A stretch of 32,000 bases of DNA from Moraxella nasicaprae (lineage in GTDB: Bacteria; Pseudomonadota; Gammaproteobacteria; Pseudomonadales; Moraxellaceae): contig NZ_CP089977.1 in NCBI RefSeq assembly GCF_025643275.1, positions 1,620,001 to 1,652,000 of the forward strand, in the 5' to 3' direction. The position numbers and the translations under genes were made by a program. Every line of letters starts with the position of its first letter. Position 1 is the stretch's first letter. The notes under the pieces were generated by a model. The model saw only the letters and a program-made list of their open reading frames with translations, was not told the DNA's origin and did not search any database. Shown here piece after piece: positions 18,548-25,480 of the stretch.

Positions 18548-18556
18548 TGCTAAGAT
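18548..18556 (+). promoter_or_regulatory. candidate extended -10 element (TGCTAAGAT) for the peptide transporter
   Basis: TGnTAAGAT lies about 140 nt upstream of the ATG at 18694. Confidence 0.4.
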
Positions 18557-18693
18557 GGTAGTGATTTTATGTCATTAAATTGATTTGACCAGTCAGCTTG
18601 TCGTTATGGATAAGTTGTGTCTGGTTTGTTTTTTGTCTGCTTGGCGAATGGTTTGACCGTTGGCAGACTGATTTAGGTTTTAAGGATAATATC

Positions 18694-20130
18694 ATGCAAA
18701 ATAAAAAGTTCTTTGGACACCCAAGGCAACTTGGCAATCTGTTCCACATTGAGCTATGGGAACGCTTCTCGTATTATGGCATGCAGGCGATTTTGATGTT
18801 TTATATGTACTATGCCATCACTGATGGTGGCTTGGGCATGGATAAAGCAGTTGCTGGTGGTGTGATGGGGGCGTATAGCGGTAGTATTTATTTGGCAACC
18901 TTAGGTGGTGGCTGGGTGGCTGACCGTGTCTTAGGTCCAGAGCGGACGCTGTTTTATTCAGGCATCATCATCATGATTGGACATATTTTGTTGGCGATTG
19001 TACCAGGATTGCAAGGTCTGATTTTGGGTCTTGTTTTTGTTGCTATCGGTAGTGGCGGGGTAAAAGCACCTGTGAGTGCCATGGTGGGTTCTTTGTATGA
19101 AAATGATGAAAACAAGCATTTGCGTGATGCTGGCTTTTCGATTTTTTATGTGGCGATTAATATTGGTGCATTCTTTGGCCCGCTATTAACAGGTATTTTG
19201 CAAAGTCGTGTTGGCTTTCACTATGGTTTTGCGGCAGCAGCGGTGGGCATGGCGGTTGGTCTGACTCAGTACAGTTTTGGACGCAAAAGTCTGGGGCATA
19301 ATACCGCACCAAACCCATTGACCGCCAGCGAAAAAAGTAAGGCCATCATGATTGGTCTGGCTGGCATTGCAGTCGTGGCTGGCATCATCAGTGCAGGTTT
19401 GGTGACGCTAGAAAACTTCAAAACGGTATTATTTTATACAGTCATTGCGATAGCGGCCATTTATTTTGTTCGTCTGCTAAGTGATAAGCGTATCGACAAC
19501 ACCAAACGTTCTCATATCGTGGCTTATATACCATTATTTGTGTGTATTTGCGTGTTTTGGTCGCTGTTTTTCCAAAACTACACCCTGCTTATTGTGTACT
19601 TTGAGTCCACAGTAGACCGTATGCTTGGTTCGTTTGAGTTTCCAGCAGCGTGGCAACCCTCAATGCAGAGCTTTTGGGTGATTGCATTGGCGGGCGTGAT
19701 GTCGGCATTATGGGCAAAATTGGGCAAAAATGCACCATCAGCCCCTGTTAAATTTGCTTTATCACTCATCATTGCAGGCTTGGCATTCGTCTTTTTTGTG
19801 CCTTATGTCACATCTGGTAATCCGATGCCAATCTTGGTGTATATGCTGTCGCTTGGTGTTTTGACGGTGGCAGAATTGATGATTTCTCCGATTTCATTGT
19901 CTTTTGCAACCAAGATTGCACCTGATTTTTTTAGAACCCAAATGGTGGCATTAAACTTCTTGGGTCTGTCGATTGGCTTGACTTTGGGCGGTATCTTATT
20001 TGGTAATTTCTTTAACGAACAAAATACGCTGGATTATTATTATCTGATGATTAAGATGGGTATCGGTGCAGGTGTGCTGTTTTTAATCATCTCGCCAGTA
20101 TTGAAAAAAATGCTACAAGGTGCAGAATAA
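18694..20130 (+). CDS. POT/PTR2-family proton-dependent di/tripeptide transporter
   Basis: Start MQNKKFFGHPRQL... lies 7 nt after AAGGA. PTR2 signature ELWERFSYYGM. Many TM helices. The upstream part of the track ORF (TTG at 18598) is leader, not coding. Confidence 0.9.
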   Translation: MQNKKFFGHPRQLGNLFHIELWERFSYYGMQAILMFYMYYAITDGGLGMDKAVAGGVMGAYSGSIYLATLGGGWVADRVLGPERTLFYSGIIIMIGHILLAIVPGLQGLILGLVFVAIGSGGVKAPVSAMVGSLYENDENKHLRDAGFSIFYVAINIGAFFGPLLTGILQSRVGFHYGFAAAAVGMAVGLTQYSFGRKSLGHNTAPNPLTASEKSKAIMIGLAGIAVVAGIISAGLVTLENFKTVLFYTVIAIAAIYFVRLLSDKRIDNTKRSHIVAYIPLFVCICVFWSLFFQNYTLLIVYFESTVDRMLGSFEFPAAWQPSMQSFWVIALAGVMSALWAKLGKNAPSAPVKFALSLIIAGLAFVFFVPYVTSGNPMPILVYMLSLGVLTVAELMISPISLSFATKIAPDFFRTQMVALNFLGLSIGLTLGGILFGNFFNEQNTLDYYYLMIKMGIGAGVLFLIISPVLKKMLQGAE

Positions 20131-20147
20131 TCATCAGCCCAATCAAC

Positions 20148-20176
20148 AAACCGACTGGTTCATCAGTCGGTTTTTT
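20148..20176. terminator. terminator between the convergent transporter and MerR-family genes
   Basis: Stem AAACCGACTG (20148-20157) pairs with CAGTCGGTTT (20164-20173), followed by a T-run. Confidence 0.75.
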
Positions 20177-20213
20177 ATCATTGGCAGCATCAGATTTATG
20201 GAAGGTATTGTTA

Positions 20214-20603
20214 CTAATCTTGTTCGAGTGATGTAATGATGGGGCAATGATGCAAGCCATCGCCCAAACAACTGTCGTGCCAGACTTGCAGGGTGTTTTT
20301 CATGGTTTGCAGTTCGTTGATTTTGTCGGTCAATTCAGCGATGTGCAGGGCGGTAAGAGCCTTGACTTCGCAGTTTGTTCGATTGGGATTGCTTTGCAAA
20401 TCAAGCAATGTACGAATCTGTGCCAGCGAAAACCCAACCGCCCGAGCATGAGCGATGAATTTAAGTCGCTTGATGTCGCCATCATCATAGCAGCGGTAGC
20501 CTGAGGCACTGCGAGCTGGGTGGTTGAGCAGTCCGATTTTTTCGTAATCTCGAATCTGTTTGCTGGACAGTCGAGTTAGTTTGGCGGCTTGACTGATGTT
20601 CAT
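20214..20603 (-). CDS. MerR-family heavy-metal-responsive transcriptional regulator (CueR/ZntR/CadR-like)
   Basis: HTH MNISQAAKLTRLSSKQIRDYEKIGLL, dimerisation helix, and C-terminal metal loop C-LGDGLHH-C-PII. Starting at the ATG at 20603 (MNISQ, as in CueR), the cysteines fall at 78, 112 and 120. The longer track start at 20624 adds 7 residues. Confidence 0.85.
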   Translation of the reverse strand: MNISQAAKLTRLSSKQIRDYEKIGLLNHPARSASGYRCYDDGDIKRLKFIAHARAVGFSLAQIRTLLDLQSNPNRTNCEVKALTALHIAELTDKINELQTMKNTLQVWHDSCLGDGLHHCPIITSLEQD

Positions 20604-20633
20604 TGTGGGTTTGTTAAATGACATTAAAATTGC

Positions 20634-20664
20634 TTGACCTTGACATAAGGTTATGGTTTAGAAT
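20634..20664 (+). promoter_or_regulatory. MerR-type promoter/operator: TTGACC, 19-bp spacer, TAGAAT
   Basis: -35 TTGACC at 20634-20639 and -10 TAGAAT at 20659-20664, with exactly 19 nt between them. Palindromes ACCTT-N5-AAGGT (20637-20651) and CATAA-GG-TTATG (20644-20655, centred on the spacer midpoint). Confidence 0.6.
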
Positions 20665-20717
20665 ACTAAAAAAATAACCCATTGGCAAATTTTTTGCCAT
20701 TTTTTAAGGAGAGTGTG

Positions 20718-20843
20718 ATGTCAAATCAAACTGAAACAACCAGCCAATCTTGCACTTGTACTTGCAGCTGCTGCCAAGACCATAGCAAATGCGATCCAAA
20801 TTGCAAATGCTCACAAGGCGAGCCGTGCATTTGTGGCAAATAA
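20718..20843 (+). CDS. 41-aa cysteine-rich peptide, metallothionein-like (absent from the ORF track)
   Basis: AAGGAG (20706-20711) lies 6 nt upstream of the ATG. Hand translation: MSNQTETTSQSCTCTCSCCQDHSKCDPNCKCSQGEPCICGK, then stop TAA at 20841-20843. It has 10 Cys in CxC/CC clusters and sits downstream of the MerR-type promoter. Confidence 0.6.
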   Translation: MSNQTETTSQSCTCTCSCCQDHSKCDPNCKCSQGEPCICGK

Positions 20844-20865
20844 GCCTAAGAGAATTTAGAACCAC

Positions 20866-21774
20866 TCAATCTAGGTTGGGTGGTTTTTTGTTGCGATATT
20901 GACTGGGCGTGATTTGATAGTAGCTTTTAAAGGCTTTACCAAAATGCGTCTCGGATAAAAAACCAGTGGATAGTGCGATGCTTAGAACAGAATCATTGCT
21001 TTGGGCAAGTAGCATTGCTGCTTTTTGCAGGCGGATTTTATGCACAAAAGCGTGTGGTGTCGCCTGCAAATGCTGATGAAACAGCCGAATCAACTGCGAG
21101 CGAGACAGATGAGCAAAGTCGCTCATTTGTTCAATTCGCCAATCTTGCTCAGGGTGTTGCATGATGGCGTTGATGAGCGGCTGCAATCTGGGTTCTTGAT
21201 AGCCTTTGAGCGTGCCAAGCACTTGGGCATTTTTATCGGTCAGATATTGGCGTAGCATCATTGTCAAAAAGACAATGGATAAAGCATTGACGACCGATAC
21301 GCTGGCAAGTGATGGCTGATTGGCTTCATGTTTTAGCAGGTCGATGAGCGTGCTAAGCGGGCTTTGTTCAATGTGTAAAATCAGCATTTCTGGCAAGCTG
21401 TACATCAACTCAGCGTGCCTATCATAATGGAAATGCAAACAAAATAATTCACAATCATGGTCGCTATCGCCGATTTGATTGATGACAAAACCGCCTTGAT
21501 TGCTAAATTTTTGGGTGTTTGTTGATGGCGGTTGTTCGGTATGGCTATACAGACAATGCGTTGGCGTGCGTGGGAATAGGGCAATATCGCCTTCATTAAG
21601 CAGCCAAGTTTCATCGCCGTGCGTCAATTTTGCCATGCCTTTGGTAACGATATGGGCGACAGCTTGGGCATCTTGGGCGGTGTTGTCTAATTGCCAGTTG
21701 CCATGTAATTGGCATTTGATGTTTACGCCACCGGTGATTTGGGCGAAATTGAGTAATTTATCTAGAATGTCCAT
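20866..21774 (-). CDS. AraC-family transcriptional regulator with N-terminal cupin-like domain
   Basis: 302 aa. The C-terminal double HTH (SRSQLIRLFHQHLQATPHAFVHKIRLQKA...GFLSETHFGKAFKSYYQITPSQYR) is typical AraC/XylS. The N-terminal half is cupin-like. Confidence 0.85.
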   Translation of the reverse strand: MDILDKLLNFAQITGGVNIKCQLHGNWQLDNTAQDAQAVAHIVTKGMAKLTHGDETWLLNEGDIALFPRTPTHCLYSHTEQPPSTNTQKFSNQGGFVINQIGDSDHDCELFCLHFHYDRHAELMYSLPEMLILHIEQSPLSTLIDLLKHEANQPSLASVSVVNALSIVFLTMMLRQYLTDKNAQVLGTLKGYQEPRLQPLINAIMQHPEQDWRIEQMSDFAHLSRSQLIRLFHQHLQATPHAFVHKIRLQKAAMLLAQSNDSVLSIALSTGFLSETHFGKAFKSYYQITPSQYRNKKPPNLD

Positions 21775-21835
21775 CGTGATTGCATCGTCAGGGATTTGAG
21801 ATAATTGTACTGTAATTTGGAACGATTTGATAGGA

Positions 21836-21863
21836 TTTACCCAAAAAAATACGCTATTATACT
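21836..21863 (+). promoter_or_regulatory. candidate promoter for the AhpD-like/rhodanese operon (TTTACC, 16 nt, TATACT)
   Basis: Hexamers at 21836-21841 and 21858-21863. Phased GATTTGA-like repeats lie immediately upstream. Confidence 0.3.
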
Positions 21864-21893
21864 CATATCCTTTTTACTTTTTAGGAGTTTATT

Positions 21894-22235
21894 ATGTCAT
21901 TTGCAGATTGGAAACACATCAGTCGCCACACCAAACAATCTTTTGGTAAGCTTGGCAAAACTCATCCAAAAATGCTAGAAGCCTATGCCACGCTTGACCA
22001 AGCGGCAGCAGCAGAAAGCCTAGATGCCAAAACTCGTGAGCTGATTGCCATCGCAGTTTCTATCACCACTCGCTGTGAAAGCTGTATCGCTGTGCATACC
22101 GAAAAAGCATTGGCAGCTGGTGCAACCGAGAGTGAAATCGCTGGTGCGTTGGCAACAGCCATCTCTTTGAATGCAGGTGCAGCTTATGCGTATGCTTTGC
22201 GTGCCTTAGAATCTGTGGAAGCTCATCAAGGCTAA
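21894..22235 (+). CDS. carboxymuconolactone decarboxylase (AhpD-like) family protein
   Basis: 113 aa with the family CxxC motif in TTRCESCIAVHTEKAL. AGGAG SD upstream. Confidence 0.8.
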   Translation: MSFADWKHISRHTKQSFGKLGKTHPKMLEAYATLDQAAAAESLDAKTRELIAIAVSITTRCESCIAVHTEKALAAGATESEIAGALATAISLNAGAAYAYALRALESVEAHQG

Positions 22236-22246
22236 GAAGGGGGTAG

Positions 22247-22639
22247 ATGATGAAAAAATCTGTTCTTGCAATAACGGGATTGATTTTGCCAGTTGCGGTG
22301 TTGGCGTGCAGTCAGCCAAAATCTGAGGTCACAGCACAAACTTCGGCAGATACCCAAGTGCAACCTGCTACTGCTGAGCACGCCAAGGGTCTTTGGATTG
22401 ATGTGCGAAGTGCTGAGGAGTATAGCGAAGGTCATCTAAGCAATGCCATCAACATTGCTCATACGCAAATTGGCGAACAAATCGCCTCAGTCGCCCCTAA
22501 TAAAGACGAGCCGATTCATCTGTATTGCCGTTCTGGTCGTCGTGCCGAAGCTGCTTTGCAGACGCTAAAATCAATGGGTTATACCAATGTTACCAATCAT
22601 GGTGCTTATGATGATTTGGTGAAGCAAGGTCTAAAATAA
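22247..22639 (+). CDS. periplasmic single-domain rhodanese (PspE-like sulfurtransferase), probable lipoprotein
   Basis: Signal peptide with lipobox VLAC. Rhodanese active-site loop YCRSGRRA. AAGGGGG SD. 11 nt after the upstream stop. Confidence 0.8.
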   Translation: MMKKSVLAITGLILPVAVLACSQPKSEVTAQTSADTQVQPATAEHAKGLWIDVRSAEEYSEGHLSNAINIAHTQIGEQIASVAPNKDEPIHLYCRSGRRAEAALQTLKSMGYTNVTNHGAYDDLVKQGLK

Positions 22640-22660
22640 CCTTTTATGCCTCATTCATCC

Positions 22661-22699
22661 AAAAAAATCCCAATACAGTTGATGGTATTGGGATTTTTT
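22661..22699. terminator. bidirectional terminator between the rhodanese and TonB-dependent receptor genes
   Basis: Stem AATCCCAATAC (22666-22676) pairs with GTATTGGGATT (22685-22695), with an A-run before and a T-run after. Confidence 0.8.
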
Positions 22700-22711
22700 G
22701 TGTCGGTTTAA

Positions 22712-25264
22712 TTAAAACTCATAAGTCAGCGACAAGGCATAGTTACGACCAGGAGCGGTATAACGAGCAAAGCCGTATCCATCTGCATCAACCATGTTAT
22801 TGACATTGGCGTTGCTAAACATTCTTAGGCTTTCCCAAGGAATGTATTTGACATTGGTCAGATTATAAACACCTGCATTGAGGGTTAATTGTTTATCTTT
22901 GCCAAATTTACGGCTGCCATACACATCAACCAAGATGGCGTTTTTGCTACGATTGGCGTGTTTGTAGGTATCGACATATTCAGCATAACCTGTGCGAGTG
23001 CGTTCGGTTTTTGTCCAAGCACCGCTTTCATCTTGGGTGTAGCCATCATATGAACAATAATACTCATAACCCACATAAGGGCAATTAACAGTCTTAATGT
23101 CATAAGTTGGGGCAACTTCCAGCGTTTTGGTGTCTTTGGCTTTTTTACGCATCAGACCACGCACACGAGTGTGCAACTGCCAATCTTGATTTGGCGACAC
23201 ATAATCTGCCCCTAGGATAAAGCTGCTTGGTGTGGCCGCCAGCGTATTGATTTTAAAAGTGCCATCATGGTCGCTTTCAACAGTCGCACTGTCTTTGGCG
23301 ATATGATAATCAGCCGTCAGATTGAGCTTGCCATCAAGATTTAGCTTATCAGAAATATCGCTTTTGATGCCCAGTTTAAAGCCATACACTTTGGCTTTGT
23401 CCAAATTGGTGGACTGTAAGCAGGTGGCACGACCATTACAACCGCCCGTTTCTCCTTCCCAAAACTTGGTGTGAATGAAGTTCTTGTAATTGGATAGATA
23501 GCCAGATGCGGTCAGCGAAGTGTTGGCGGCAGGCTTAAATTCAAATTCAAGTTCTTGGTTGAGCGAGGTTTCTGGTTTTAGGGCGTAATTTGGCACTTCA
23601 AGCACGCCTAAACCCTGAAAATTGCGATAAATCTGTGTGCCAGTCGGGGCAAGAAAACCTGTGCCAATCTTATAACGAGTGGTTAGCTTTTCGGGAATGA
23701 GCTGATAATTTAGCATACCACTCCAACTGGTGTGGCTAAATTTTGTTTTGTTTAGATGGTCGCCTGCTCGATAAGCATCACAAAATCCACCTAAGGCATT
23801 GTTGGTTACGCAGGTCTGATGGATACGAGCATTTTCGTCAGCACCAAAGACATCGTTTTGAAAGTATGGTGTGTATTTAAAGTTATCATAACGAATACCC
23901 AGCAAGGCTTGCAAGCGATTACCAAAAGAGATTTGGTCGCTGATGGCAATGTGATGGCTGTTCTTTTTGACATCGACGAACGGGTGGTTTAGATAGTTGA
24001 GTGAACCATCTTCTTTTAGGACGCTGGCTGATGTGGTGCGATCAGCCTTGATTGCAGATGCAGTTAAAGACAGACGGTGTTCGCCAGCACGACTCAATTC
24101 AAAAGGCGAGCTTTGTAGATTAAGTTGGTATTGGTTGGTTTCGGTTTTGGTAGGGCGATATTCACGATAATCAAAAGTGACCTCATCACCACTCCAAGAG
24201 CGGTCATAAATCCAAGTGTCCGCCAAGCCTGTCACATCACTTCTGGTGTAGCCCAAAGTTGCTTCGTGCAGCCAAGCGTTGTCTGGTTGATAGCGGTAAT
24301 TGATGCCGTAGCTTTCAAGCTCCTCTTTGTCTTTGGCACGGCGTGGATCGACACTGGTGCGACTACCGAAGCTGGCGTTAATATCGGTATTCATGTGCGT
24401 GCGTTGTCTTTGATACAGCCCGTGCAATCCCAAGCGATGACGCTCATTAACATGATAATAAAACTTACCAAGCAGGGCATCACGATTAAAAGACATTGGG
24501 TTTGGGTACAGCAGTGATTTTAGTCGTCCTGGCATGTCTTCGGCAGAAAAAGTATAACCAACGGACAGTTGGTCGCCATCAAAGCGACGCATGGCGTGGT
24601 TTTTGGTTTCATTGCCTTCTTTGTGAGTGTAGGTGAGCAAGGCTTCTACTTGCTCGTTGGCAAAAGCAAGACCTGCACTGATGGATTTTTCACTGTTTTT
24701 GCTGGCATAGCCAGTTTTGACATAGCCACCAAAGTTCTCGTGATGATTGATGAGGTCTCTTGGTTCTTTGGTTTGATAAGAGATAGAACCGCCAACTGCA
24801 CCAGAGCCTGTCAATACGCTATCAGCACCAGCAGCGATACGCACGCCACGCATCATGTCAAGGTCTGGATTAAAACGCCCTTCATACATATAACCATAAG
24901 GCGAAAAAATCTCGTTAATCTCAACTTCGGGCAATCCCACGCCATCGATGTTCATCGCCACACGGTTGCCGTCCACACCACGAATGGCAAAGCCTTTATT
25001 GCCATAACGACCCACTTCCGCCACATCAACTTCGGTGTGATAACGCACCAAATCGTGAGCGTCTTGGGCATTTTGTTCTGATAATTGTTCTGCGGTTAAG
25101 GTGCTTTCGCCAACTTTTTTGTTTAAAGTTTTATTGATGATGATTTTTTGTGTGCCTAAATCGGTTTCTTGAACGCTGGCTGTATCATCAGCGTGAGCAT
25201 GCAGTGCCATCAATATTGATAGAGTTAGCATTGAATATTTAGCTAAATGTGTGGATTGTGCCAT
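22712..25264 (-). CDS. TonB-dependent outer-membrane receptor (TbpA/haem-receptor-like class; substrate unknown)
   Basis: Signal peptide ...ALHAHA/DD. Plug motifs (FAIRGVDGNRVAMNIDGV, GAVGGSISYQTK). Large barrel with three loop Cys pairs. Terminal ...LSLTYEF. The ATG at 25264 lies 6 nt after AAGGA and is preferred over the track start at 25285. Confidence 0.88.
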   Translation of the reverse strand: MAQSTHLAKYSMLTLSILMALHAHADDTASVQETDLGTQKIIINKTLNKKVGESTLTAEQLSEQNAQDAHDLVRYHTEVDVAEVGRYGNKGFAIRGVDGNRVAMNIDGVGLPEVEINEIFSPYGYMYEGRFNPDLDMMRGVRIAAGADSVLTGSGAVGGSISYQTKEPRDLINHHENFGGYVKTGYASKNSEKSISAGLAFANEQVEALLTYTHKEGNETKNHAMRRFDGDQLSVGYTFSAEDMPGRLKSLLYPNPMSFNRDALLGKFYYHVNERHRLGLHGLYQRQRTHMNTDINASFGSRTSVDPRRAKDKEELESYGINYRYQPDNAWLHEATLGYTRSDVTGLADTWIYDRSWSGDEVTFDYREYRPTKTETNQYQLNLQSSPFELSRAGEHRLSLTASAIKADRTTSASVLKEDGSLNYLNHPFVDVKKNSHHIAISDQISFGNRLQALLGIRYDNFKYTPYFQNDVFGADENARIHQTCVTNNALGGFCDAYRAGDHLNKTKFSHTSWSGMLNYQLIPEKLTTRYKIGTGFLAPTGTQIYRNFQGLGVLEVPNYALKPETSLNQELEFEFKPAANTSLTASGYLSNYKNFIHTKFWEGETGGCNGRATCLQSTNLDKAKVYGFKLGIKSDISDKLNLDGKLNLTADYHIAKDSATVESDHDGTFKINTLAATPSSFILGADYVSPNQDWQLHTRVRGLMRKKAKDTKTLEVAPTYDIKTVNCPYVGYEYYCSYDGYTQDESGAWTKTERTRTGYAEYVDTYKHANRSKNAILVDVYGSRKFGKDKQLTLNAGVYNLTNVKYIPWESLRMFSNANVNNMVDADGYGFARYTAPGRNYALSLTYEF

Positions 25265-25340
25265 AACGATTCCTTGATAAGTCATCTTTGGTATATTGCT
25301 AAAAAGTTACAAAATAGTAAGAATCTTGTTAGATGAGCGG

Positions 25341-25389
25341 ATTATATTATAAAAAATTTTTTATGTAAATAATAATTGCTATCATTTTT
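25341..25389 (-). promoter_or_regulatory. receptor promoter (-35 TTTACA, 17 nt, -10 TATAAT on the minus strand) with an overlapping Fur-like box
   Basis: -10 at 25341-25346 and -35 at 25364-25369. On the minus strand AAAATGATAGCAATTATT matches 13 of 19 positions of the consensus GATAATGATAATCATTATC (hand count) and overlaps the -35. Confidence 0.45.
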
Positions 25390-25428
25390 GTTTGTTTTCT
25401 TATGAGTGTTAGTTTCTTGGTAAAATTG

Positions 25429-25437
25429 TGATACAAT
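25429..25437 (+). promoter_or_regulatory. candidate extended -10 element (TGATACAAT) for the rhomboid gene
   Basis: Overlaps the first ATG of the track ORF (25436), which argues for the downstream start at 25481. Confidence 0.3.
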
Positions 25438-25480
25438 GCCAAATCATTTTTCCAAAATCATCAATCAAGACCAACGCATA

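Noticed and set aside
18598-18693. TTG-initiated 32-codon N-terminal extension of the POT transporter in the track ORF.
   Set aside because: The canonical N-terminus (MQNKKFFGHP...) starts at the ATG at 18694 with an AAGGA SD. The extension overlaps the structured leader.
20849-20895. AACCAC...GTGGTT hairpin with a T-run after the Cys-rich ORF, considered as its terminator.
   Set aside because: The stem is only 6 bp with a 14-nt loop, and it overlaps the last codons of the convergent AraC gene. Plausible but too weak to list as a feature.
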